Part shown: positions 47,716 through 56,057 of the stretch, in pieces
How the letters are laid out: each line of letters begins with the position of its first letter
Position numbering within the stretch: the first letter of the stretch is position 1
Source of the DNA: an uncultured bacterium
Lineage (GTDB): Bacteria > Auribacterota > Erginobacteria > Erginobacterales > Erginobacteraceae
DNA: 64,000 bases
Assembly (NCBI GenBank): GCA_964465735.1
Contig: CAYXKT010000002.1
Coordinates: 472 to 64,471, forward strand
Reading direction: 5' to 3'
Program-made: the position numbers and the translations under genes
Notes under the pieces: model-generated
What the model was told of the DNA's origin: nothing
What the model saw: only the letters and a program-made list of their open reading frames with translations
Database searches by the model: none

Positions 47716-49194
47716 TCACCGCCCGGGGAAAATCCGGCCCGCCGCCAGGGACAGCAGGACCGTCAAAAGAAGGGCATTGGCGGGGATGGCGAAGTTGAAG
47801 TTAAGCGCACTCTGGAGAAGCAGACCCAGAACCCCGGCGGAACAGCCGGCGACCAGCCCTCGTCCAGCTATCGGCCATCCCCCCGGACGTTTCCGCGGGT
47901 GCCCCGGGTAAGTACTGTCCGGTTTCCAGAACAAAACCGAACCAAAGAATACCAGGAAGAACCCGGTCAGGCCCACCAATCCCCAGGTCCCCATCTCCGC
48001 CGCAACCTGGAGGTAATCGTTCTCGGCGTGGGTAAACGGTTTGCGGCGATCAAAGGACTTGTAATAGGGATATAACTTCTCGAATCCCCCCAGACCGATC
48101 CCCAGGAGCGGGAAATCCCCGTAGATCCGGATGGTATCCCGCCAGATGTCCCGCCGGTACTCCACCTCCTTCCCCTTTCCTCCGATCGTCTCAAAACGAT
48201 GGACCAGGTCGGCGGTCCCGAAGTAGGCCAAGCCCAGGGCGATCAGGACCAGAGAGACAACGAAGATCATCAGGGACTGCTTCCGGTCGATCAGCCGGAA
48301 GCGGCGGGAGATCAAGATCAAATATACAAAGGCGAGAAGACCGGCCAGTATCCCGCTCCGGGAATAGGAGAGAAAGAGGGAAACCGCCATCACCAGGGCC
48401 ATAAAGCCGAGCAGGAGACGCCGGGGTTCGGACCGGACCATCCGGTCCCGAAAAAGCTCCCCGGCCGGCCGGGGCCGACGGCTCAGGAGCAGGCCCAGGG
48501 CGAGGGGGATGACCATTATGATATAGCCGGCAAAATGGTTGCGGTTGACGAAGGGACCGAAGGGATTCCCGAAGCGGATCGGGCGGAGCCAGTAAATCAT
48601 ACCCTGCCAGGAGTACTTCTGGAGAATCCCGATCACCGAGACGGCAAAACCGGTAGCGACAACCGCGGTCAGCAGCCGGGCGGTGAATCCCATCCAGTTC
48701 CCCTCCGCCGGCCGGTAGCCTTTCAGGGTGTAAAAGATCGCTCCGTAGGCCGCCAGCCTGACCAGCTCCCCGGCGGTCCGGGAAGGGTAAAGGGAGAATA
48801 CCGTCCAGGAACCGGAGGTGACCCGCCCGGTCAAAAGCCAGAACCGGGCGGTCCGGGGACTGATCGCGGAGACCAGGGTGACCGGAAGCGGGATCAGCTG
48901 GACCAGCGGGCCGAGGAGAAACAGAATTCCGAACCCGCAGAGCAGATAATCGGCGACCGGGCGGCACGCCGTTGGCGAAAGAGCCCCCGAAAGAGAAGGA
49001 ATTCGGACGAGCAGATGCCGGCGGTAACGTTCGGTCGCGGCAATCAGGAAGCAGCCCGCGGACAGGATAATCCAGGCCCAGGTCTCGACCGCCCCGAAGG
49101 CCAGGGGGGAGAAGACCACCAGGAAGACGGCTCCCCACTCGACAATCCGCTCGCACCGGCGGATCTCCTTCGGAATTGTTAAACGCTCATCCAT
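47716..49194 (-). CDS. O-antigen ligase family (Wzy_C domain) membrane protein
   Basis: Polytopic membrane protein. Large periplasmic loop carrying FLSYSRSGILAGLLAF (the SRSG motif typical of the WaaL/O-antigen-ligase family). I chose the start at the ATG of about 49194 (MDERLT...) to avoid overlap with the upstream GT4. The ORF-track start is 49305. Confidence 0.55.
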   Translation of the reverse strand: MDERLTIPKEIRRCERIVEWGAVFLVVFSPLAFGAVETWAWIILSAGCFLIAATERYRRHLLVRIPSLSGALSPTACRPVADYLLCGFGILFLLGPLVQLIPLPVTLVSAISPRTARFWLLTGRVTSGSWTVFSLYPSRTAGELVRLAAYGAIFYTLKGYRPAEGNWMGFTARLLTAVVATGFAVSVIGILQKYSWQGMIYWLRPIRFGNPFGPFVNRNHFAGYIIMVIPLALGLLLSRRPRPAGELFRDRMVRSEPRRLLLGFMALVMAVSLFLSYSRSGILAGLLAFVYLILISRRFRLIDRKQSLMIFVVSLVLIALGLAYFGTADLVHRFETIGGKGKEVEYRRDIWRDTIRIYGDFPLLGIGLGGFEKLYPYYKSFDRRKPFTHAENDYLQVAAEMGTWGLVGLTGFFLVFFGSVLFWKPDSTYPGHPRKRPGGWPIAGRGLVAGCSAGVLGLLLQSALNFNFAIPANALLLTVLLSLAAGRIFPGR

Positions 49195-49231
49195 ATTCTC
49201 GGGTTTTCGCGCCGCGGAAGGGGGATCGACC

Positions 49232-50359
49232 TCAGGGGAGCCCGAACTCCGCCAGGAGCCCGGCGACTTTTTCCCGGAAGGCTTTTCTCCCGAAGTACCG
49301 GTCAACCCGATCGTGGAGCTCGGCCGGGTCCGGAGCGGTCTCGGTCAATAACCGCCGCAACCCCACCTCGAGTTCTTTCGGACTCTCCGGATCGACCAGG
49401 ATGCCCAGTTCCCCTCCCCGCAGGGCGTCCGCTGCCGCGTCCCGGTTCCCGCCCAGGCACCGCTTTCCGCATCCCATCGCCTCCAGGAAAACAATCCCGA
49501 ACCCTTCCCGGAGACTGGGCATCGCGAAACCGTCGGCCATCCGGTAATGATCGGGCAGTTCTTCGTCGGAAATATACCCGGTTAGGATCACCCTCCCCTC
49601 CAGCCCCAGCTCACGGACTCTCCGTTCGACGTTGGGGCGATCGTCTCCCTCCCCTACGATTAAAAAGCGCAGTCCCGGAAAATCCGGAAGCAGACGGGGC
49701 AGGATCTCAATGACTCGGGAGTATCCCTTGTCCAGCCGGGAGACCACCAGGCGACAGACGCTGATCAACACCCTGTCTTTAGGATCAATCCCATAGCGCT
49801 GCCGCAGCCCGGCCGGGGCCGGTCCGGGCGAGAACCGTTCCCCGTCAAATGTGACCGGGATCACCCGGAACCTTTCTTCCGGGATACCGATCCCGGCCTC
49901 CATCTTTCCCCGGGTAAAATTGCTGATCGGCAGAATCATATCCACCCGGCCCAGCGCCCGGCGGACCCGGCCCCGGGGCAGGTCCCAGACCTCAACCCCG
50001 TAGGCGCTGACCGCCGCCGGGATCGAGAGAGTTCTCTTCAGCCAGGCTGCCGCCGGAGCAAAGTGGGGATGGGCGGAGATGACCAGCGCCGGTCTTTCCC
50101 GCCGGGCGGCCCGCAGCAGCCGGGCCGCGAAGATCGGGGTCCGGACTCGCTCGGGCATATCCCCCGAGGCGGAGATCCCGACGCTCTCCCCGTAGCGCTC
50201 CTCCAGCTCTCCCGGCCGGTCGGACTTGCTCAACAGGCGGATCCGGCCGGGCCCGAGAACGGCCAGGGCCGCCTCCGTCAGCTCCGCCGAGTAATTCTGG
50301 ATACCCCCCACCCGGGACAACAGTTCCGGCACCCAGATATGGAGTACCCCGCTGTTCAT
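49232..50359 (-). CDS. GT4 glycosyltransferase (first gene of the long minus-strand operon)
   Basis: 375 aa. ...MPSLREGFGIVFLEAMGCGKRCL (EX7E). Confidence 0.8.
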   Translation of the reverse strand: MNSGVLHIWVPELLSRVGGIQNYSAELTEAALAVLGPGRIRLLSKSDRPGELEERYGESVGISASGDMPERVRTPIFAARLLRAARRERPALVISAHPHFAPAAAWLKRTLSIPAAVSAYGVEVWDLPRGRVRRALGRVDMILPISNFTRGKMEAGIGIPEERFRVIPVTFDGERFSPGPAPAGLRQRYGIDPKDRVLISVCRLVVSRLDKGYSRVIEILPRLLPDFPGLRFLIVGEGDDRPNVERRVRELGLEGRVILTGYISDEELPDHYRMADGFAMPSLREGFGIVFLEAMGCGKRCLGGNRDAAADALRGGELGILVDPESPKELEVGLRRLLTETAPDPAELHDRVDRYFGRKAFREKVAGLLAEFGLP

Positions 50360-50551
50360 AACTTCAATCCATTACCTCTCTCTTCCATCATCCCCGATTT
50401 CCGGTTAATCAGGAGAAACTCTGGTCATCGGGAAATTTGAGTCTAACGCCCCTCTGACCGACCATCAGCGGATAATGCCGACGGCCTTCACTGATATCAG
50501 GATACCGGGACAACGGTGGGAATTGTATCTATTCTCTCCCGAACCGGAAAG

Positions 50552-50586
50552 AAAAAAACCGGGCCCGCCTCTTGGCGGGCCCGGTT
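50552..50586 (-). terminator. Rho-independent terminator downstream of 50616..52037
   Basis: On the minus strand: perfect 11-bp GC-rich stem CCGGGCCCGCC / GGCGGGCCCGG with a 5-nt loop, followed by TTTTTTT. Confidence 0.8.
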
Positions 50587-50615
50587 CTTCCTGACTTGCT
50601 GTTATGTTGCGGTTA

Positions 50616-52037
50616 TTAGTAGCCCGTGGCTCCGGTGACGATCACCGCGGCCGACTCATTGGGCGCGAGGGTATCGGTACCGACATTCCGGATAATCCAC
50701 TGGTCGGGCGAACGGAAGACCGTCAGGTCGACAACTCCGTCCCCGTCAAAATCTCCCACCACCGGGACGTCGCCGCTATTGCCCCAGACTGCGGTATCAT
50801 AGCCGCCGACCCCGTCGCGCCGGATCCACCAGAACCTGTTGTCGGCCGGCCGGTAGGCGCCAAGGCAAGAATACCCCGAGACATAGGCGCCCGGGACCGG
50901 GATATCGCCGCTCAGACCCCAGGCCCGGCTGCCGGGCACGCCGTTGACGAACCAGCGCCAGGTGCCGTAATCATCCGTGTTGATGACGGCGATGTCGGTC
51001 GTCCCGTCGCCGGTGTAGTCGCCCGGAACCGGGATCACACCGTCATAACCGTAGAGGATTGAGGTAATGTTCTTGACGTACCAGTAACCGTTGGAGGGCC
51101 GCCAGACAGCCAGGTCGGTCGTTCCGTCGCCGTCGTAATCGCCCGGCACCGGAACGTCGCCGGCAATACCCCAGACTTCGCCATCGATGATGGCTCCGCC
51201 GCCCACGCTCTGGGCAAACCATTCTCCGGTACCCCGGTCGAAGTAACCCAGGTCGGCTCTGCCGTCACCGTCATAGTCGCCGGGGGCCGGGACATCGTAC
51301 TCACCACCGCCGAAGGTCTCGGTGCCGATCCCTTCCAGCTGCCAATCGCCGCTGGATTGGTTGTAAAAGGCGGCATCGGTCATCCCGTCTCCACTGTAGT
51401 CGTCACTGGCTTTGACCAGATAAATCGGGGAAGGCGCGGGCGCCGGGGGTGCCGGCGGGGCCACGGTGGTAACATTGGTGATCGCCACATCGTCGATCAC
51501 GACATTGTCGGCATCGACCTTCAAGTACTCGATCTCCACCTGCTGGGAGGAACTGGCGTTGAGGGCCATAGTAATGATTCCGCCGCCGAGGCTGTGAGGC
51601 CCGGGCAGCCAGGAAAGAACGGACCAGTCGGCGCCGTTATATTCCCGGACCTGGATCGCGCTGCTCGGGTTGGCGCCAATGGCCTGGAGGTAGAAGCTCA
51701 GGTCGCTGTCGCCCGGGACGCCGTCCAGAGTGTACTCCTCGGTAATGATCCGGGAGCGGGCGGTCCGGCCCAGCTGGATACTCGGTACACCAGACAACGG
51801 ACCACCATATAACATATCAGCGTCCGAGTTCCGGTTGCAATTGATGAATTCCCAGCCGTCGGGGCGGACCCCGATCTGGAAGTTGTCGAAGCCCTCATTG
51901 ATCTGGGCCGTGGCCGACAGGCTGAGACAGACTGACACCACAATCATTACCGCCAATACCATTATTCCACGCTTCATACTAACCCCCTTCAGGTAGGGTT
52001 GTGTCCCGTTGCGGGGACTTGGTAATATGAAATACAC
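50616..52037 (-). CDS. Secreted protein: N-terminal unassigned domain of about 135 aa plus FG-GAP/VCBS-like repeats, C-terminal ...VTGATGY
   Basis: 473 aa with a signal peptide. N-domain INEGFDNFQIGVRPDGWEFINCNRNSD..., homologous to four copies in the giant protein. Repeats [60 protein letters not shown]. Confidence 0.7.
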   Translation of the reverse strand: MYFILPSPRNGTQPYLKGVSMKRGIMVLAVMIVVSVCLSLSATAQINEGFDNFQIGVRPDGWEFINCNRNSDADMLYGGPLSGVPSIQLGRTARSRIITEEYTLDGVPGDSDLSFYLQAIGANPSSAIQVREYNGADWSVLSWLPGPHSLGGGIITMALNASSSQQVEIEYLKVDADNVVIDDVAITNVTTVAPPAPPAPAPSPIYLVKASDDYSGDGMTDAAFYNQSSGDWQLEGIGTETFGGGEYDVPAPGDYDGDGRADLGYFDRGTGEWFAQSVGGGAIIDGEVWGIAGDVPVPGDYDGDGTTDLAVWRPSNGYWYVKNITSILYGYDGVIPVPGDYTGDGTTDIAVINTDDYGTWRWFVNGVPGSRAWGLSGDIPVPGAYVSGYSCLGAYRPADNRFWWIRRDGVGGYDTAVWGNSGDVPVVGDFDGDGVVDLTVFRSPDQWIIRNVGTDTLAPNESAAVIVTGATGY

Positions 52038-52163
52038 CTAATTCCCGATTATTTACCATTTTCCTCCTGATCGTCCCAGAGGTCAAGAGAAAAATTGATT
52101 TTTTTGAAAATATTTGAACATTTGTAAAACTTTAGCCTTTGTTGCTATCTGCAGCACTTCTGA

Positions 52164-52225
52164 TTGTCATTGCGAAAAATCTCAACCTGAAGATTGCTTC
52201 GTCGCCTTCGGCTCCTCGCAGTGAC
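52164..52225 (+). repeat. Repeat element copy E (diverged)
   Basis: TGTCATTGCGAAAAATCTCAACCTGAAGATTGCTTCGTCGCCTTCGGCTCCTCGCAGTGAC. Same architecture: GTCATTGCGA ... GATTGCTTCGTCG ... CCTCGCAGTGAC. Confidence 0.5.
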
Positions 52226-52257
52226 AATTGCAGACTTATAAAACTGTAGAGACTTTT

Positions 52258-52420
52258 ACCTAAGTTGAGCGATTATTGCGGATGAAATGTGCTAAGATTT
52301 TGCTGGCCGACGGGTTGCGGAAACCGCAGCCATATCCAGGAGATATGGCGAGGATTTTCAATATCCGTTCGGAGGCAAAAGATTGGTGCAGTTCGCCGCA
52401 TAGAATCGCTCAATTTAGGT
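52258..52420. mobile_element. MITE-like 163-bp element with terminal inverted repeats (copy 2 of 2)
   Basis: Same sequence as 18648-18810, differing at 2 positions. Lies between the two tandem paralogous genes. Confidence 0.6.
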
Positions 52421-52526
52421 TTTATAGAGTTGAAGTGTTACTGACATTTTAACCATCGCACATAAAATCCAGCGATGTCGAGAGTCAAACCTGATTTATT
52501 TCCTGGCTTCGGTTTGCGGCTCCGTT

Positions 52527-53900
52527 TTAGTATCCCGGAGCCCCGGTGACGATCACGTCATTGAAGAGATCGGCGGATAAAGTAACTTCGAAGCCGGAGG
52601 TCGGGCCATCCGGTCCGGTCCGCCCCAGCCACCGGTCCGGCGACCGGAATACGGCCGGGTAAACCACCCCGTCCCCGTTAAAGTCGCCCACCACCGGGAC
52701 GTCACCGGTCAGACCCCACAGTGCGGTACCATAGCCGCCGACGCCGTCGCGCCGGATCCACCAAAACCTGTTGTCGGCGGGCCGGTAGGCGCCCAAGTAG
52801 GTATGCCCGTCAGCAAAGTAAACACCCGGGACCGGGATATCGCCGCTCAGACCCCAGGCCCGGCTGCCGGGCACGCCGTTGACGAACCAGCGCCAGGTGC
52901 CGTAATCATCCGTGTTGATGACGGCGATGTCGGTCGTCCCGTCGCCGGTGTAGTCGCCCGGAACCGGGATCACACCGTCATAACCGTAGAGGATTGAGGT
53001 AATGTTCTTGACGTACCAGTAACCGTTGGAGGGCCGCCAGACAGCCAGGTCGGTCGTTCCGTCGCCGTCGTAATCGCCCGGCACCGGAACGTCGCCGGCA
53101 ATACCCCAGACTTCGCCATCGATGATGGAGTGGCTGCCCGGTTTCTGGGCGAACCACTGCCCGGTACCCCGGTCGAAGTAACCCAGGTCGGTCCAGCCGT
53201 TGCCGTTATAGTCGCCGGGCGCCGGGACGTCGTAGTCGCCGCCGCCAAAGGTTATTTTGCCGAACCCGTCAATCCGCCAGTCTCCTTTGGCGGTGTTGTA
53301 AACCGCGATATCGGAAGTCCCGTCTCCAGTGTAGTCGTCACTGGCTTTTACAAGATAAAACGGAGAAGGGGCCGGCGCCGGGGGCGCCGGCGGGGGCGCG
53401 GTGTCCACATTGGTGATCACCACATCGTCGATCACAACGTGACCGTCTCCACCAGCCTTCAAATATTCAATCTCCACCTGCTGGGAGGAGCTGGCGTTGA
53501 GGACCATAGTAATGGTTTCGCCGCTGTTGTTGTGAGGACCTGGCAGCCAGGTCAGCACAGACCAGGCACCACCGACAAACTCGCGGACCTGGATGGCGCT
53601 GATCGGGTTGGGGGTGATCGCCTGGAGCCAAAAACTCAACTGACTGGCACCGGTCAGGGTGAACTTCTCGGTCAAGATCCGGGAGCGAGTGGTCCGGCCC
53701 AGCTGGATACTCGGTACACCAGACAACGGACCACCATATAACATATCAGCGTCCGAGTTCCGGTTACAGTTGAAAAAACACCAGCGCGCCGGCCTGACCC
53801 CGATCTGGAAAGAATCGAATCCTTCATCGATCTGGGCCAGGGCCGGCAACCCCGCACAGAAAACAAGCGCCAGGGCCAATACCAATAAATCACACTTCAT
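52527..53900 (-). CDS. Secreted paralog of 50616..52037 (N-domain plus FG-GAP-like repeats, C-terminal ...VTGAPGY)
   Basis: 457 aa with a signal peptide. Same architecture as the neighbour. Contains a 304-bp block that is 100% identical at the DNA level to the neighbouring paralog. Confidence 0.7.
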   Translation of the reverse strand: MKCDLLVLALALVFCAGLPALAQIDEGFDSFQIGVRPARWCFFNCNRNSDADMLYGGPLSGVPSIQLGRTTRSRILTEKFTLTGASQLSFWLQAITPNPISAIQVREFVGGAWSVLTWLPGPHNNSGETITMVLNASSSQQVEIEYLKAGGDGHVVIDDVVITNVDTAPPPAPPAPAPSPFYLVKASDDYTGDGTSDIAVYNTAKGDWRIDGFGKITFGGGDYDVPAPGDYNGNGWTDLGYFDRGTGQWFAQKPGSHSIIDGEVWGIAGDVPVPGDYDGDGTTDLAVWRPSNGYWYVKNITSILYGYDGVIPVPGDYTGDGTTDIAVINTDDYGTWRWFVNGVPGSRAWGLSGDIPVPGVYFADGHTYLGAYRPADNRFWWIRRDGVGGYGTALWGLTGDVPVVGDFNGDGVVYPAVFRSPDRWLGRTGPDGPTSGFEVTLSADLFNDVIVTGAPGY

Positions 53901-54063
53901 CCTTACCCCCTTGGTGGATGCGACCCGTTGCGAGGACCTGTTAAAAACAACATTAACTCTGTGAAATCCAAATATTCCTGATGATAATCCATTTTCCCCC
54001 TTATCATCCCGACGGTCAAGAGAAAGATTGTTTTTGTTATTTAGTGTCTGAACGAAAACCCCT

Positions 54064-54154
54064 GAAACCAGATCATTACGAGGAGGGACGACGAAGCAAC
54101 CTGTTTACCCTGTGATGAGATGGCTTCTTCGCTCCGTTTTTCGCAATGACAGAC
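54064..54154 (-). repeat. Repeat element copy F (minus orientation)
   Basis: The reverse complement reads TCTGTCATTGCGAAAAACGGAGCGAAGAAGCCATCTCATCACAGGGTAAACAGGTTGCTTCGTCGTCCCTCCTCGTAATGATCTGGTTT. About 160 nt upstream of the 52527..53900 gene start. Confidence 0.6.
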
Positions 54155-54435
54155 GCGATATAATTGGAGGTTTTTTTCAGACACCATTTACTATTTCGAC
54201 CGACCTTCCGTTTCGGATTCAATGTTGACCGGATACCCTTAGGTGTTCCGCGGACCACTCGCCGGCGGCGCCGCTTTTGCTATCTTTGCCGGAATATTTC
54301 TGCTACTTTCTCCCCGGGTGGACAAATTTTGGCCGGGAATTGCTGCTGGACCAGACCCCATCTCGGGGGCAGACAGGAATACCTGGCCCGCCATAAGTTC
54401 CTCAAATAATCCCAAATCAATAATTTTAACGCCGA

Positions 54436-55341
54436 ATGAAAACCACGAGAGAGAAAATTCTTCTTCCCCTGATCGACCTCGTCCCCTGGTCGGTCCGGAA
54501 CCTCTTCTACCGCCTCCCCGGCGTCGCTCCGATCCTCCGGGGTTTACTCAATCGGGCCCTCCCGGCCGAGGGCCGGCTGACCCCGGTCCGGATCTCGGCC
54601 GGCCCCCTGAAAGGATTTCAGCTGGAAATCGATTGCCGGAAGGAAAAATTCTTCTGGCTGGGCACCCACGAACCATCAGTCCAGAAAGCGCTGTGTCGAC
54701 TGGCCCAACCCGGGATGACCGCCTATGACGTCGGAACCTATATCGGTTTCTTTACCCTCCTGCTCTCGCGGGCAGTTGGGGATACGGGCCGAGTTATTGC
54801 CCTGGAACCCAATCCGGATACTTATCGACGTCTGCTTAGCAATCTCCGCCTCAACCACCGGGAGAATGTCCAGGCCCTGCTCCTGGCGGCCGCCGATAAG
54901 TCCGGGCGGGAACTCTTCCAGACGGCGAAACACGACCTGGCCCCGGAGGCCCACCTGGTCGCCTCGGCCACCGTCCCCGAGCCCGACCCGGCCCCGAAAG
55001 TCGAGGTGGAGACCGTCTCCCTCGACGACCTGGTCTTCGACCGGGGTTTCCCCCGACCGGACCTGTTGAAGATCGACGTCGAGGAGAGCGAGGTTCGGGT
55101 GCTGGCCGGGATGGACCGGATACTGAAGGAGTGCCGCCCGGTCATCATCTGCGAGACCCACAGCGAAGAGGCCTCCCGCGAGGGGGCGCGGGCGCTGTGC
55201 GGTCACCACTATTCGTTGCGCGATTTGGAGCGCGATGTACCGATACCGGACGGGATCGACCCGCGGCCGGGAAGACTTTATCTTTTGGCGACGCCCGAAA
55301 ACCCGATGGTAGGTCAGGCATTCCTGCCTGACCTACGATAA
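54436..55341 (+). CDS. FkbM-family methyltransferase
   Basis: 301 aa. AYDVGTYIGFFTLLLS, VIALEPNPDTY, LLKIDVEESEVRVLAGM. Confidence 0.7.
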   Translation: MKTTREKILLPLIDLVPWSVRNLFYRLPGVAPILRGLLNRALPAEGRLTPVRISAGPLKGFQLEIDCRKEKFFWLGTHEPSVQKALCRLAQPGMTAYDVGTYIGFFTLLLSRAVGDTGRVIALEPNPDTYRRLLSNLRLNHRENVQALLLAAADKSGRELFQTAKHDLAPEAHLVASATVPEPDPAPKVEVETVSLDDLVFDRGFPRPDLLKIDVEESEVRVLAGMDRILKECRPVIICETHSEEASREGARALCGHHYSLRDLERDVPIPDGIDPRPGRLYLLATPENPMVGQAFLPDLR

Positions 55342-55352
55342 ACGAGAGGCTT

Positions 55353-56057
55353 ATGAAGATCCACGTCGGCTGCGGAGATTCCCCGATTTCGGGGTGGCGG
55401 AATTTCGACAACTCGATCAGCCTCCGGCTGGCCGGGATCCCTCTCCTGCCCCGGCTCCTCCGCCGGTGCGGAATCCTCAACCCCCGCCAGTACGCCTTTA
55501 TCGAGTTTGCCCGGTTACACCGGATCGAGTACGGCGACGGGGTCAAGGGGCTCCCGGTCCCCGACTGCTCCGCCGAGGCTCTCTACAGCTGCCATATGAT
55601 CGAGCACCTCAGCCGGGCCGACGCCGGACGTTTCCTGGAGGAAGCGAAGAGGGTCTTAATCCCCGGGGGAGTCATCCGGCTGGCGGTCCCCGATCTCCGG
55701 AGACTGGCCGGCCGCTACCTGGAGACCGGCGATGCCGACGGTTTTATCGCCGCCACCTACCTGGGCCGAGAGAACGACGGATCCGTGGCCGGGAGGATGG
55801 CAACGCTGATCGCCGGGCCGCGGCTCCACGGGTGGATGTACGATGAAAGATCGTTGGGCCGACTTTTGCGGGACCACGGATTTTCCGAGGTCGTCGCGGT
55901 CCCGCCGGGCGAGACGGGGATCCGGGAACCAGGAGAGTTGGACCTGAGAGAGAAAGAAGATGAGAGCGTCTATGTTGAGGCGGTAAAACCGGCCGGGGAA
56001 TCGGAAGCCCAAATCGCCTCCAACCGCCCGGTCGGGCCGGTAGAACCGGCTCAATAA
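55353..56057 (+). CDS. SAM-dependent methyltransferase (Methyltransf_11/23-like)
   Basis: 234 aa. [42 protein letters not shown]. Its 3' end overlaps the giant gene convergently by 7 nt. Confidence 0.65.
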   Translation: MKIHVGCGDSPISGWRNFDNSISLRLAGIPLLPRLLRRCGILNPRQYAFIEFARLHRIEYGDGVKGLPVPDCSAEALYSCHMIEHLSRADAGRFLEEAKRVLIPGGVIRLAVPDLRRLAGRYLETGDADGFIAATYLGRENDGSVAGRMATLIAGPRLHGWMYDERSLGRLLRDHGFSEVVAVPPGETGIREPGELDLREKEDESVYVEAVKPAGESEAQIASNRPVGPVEPAQ

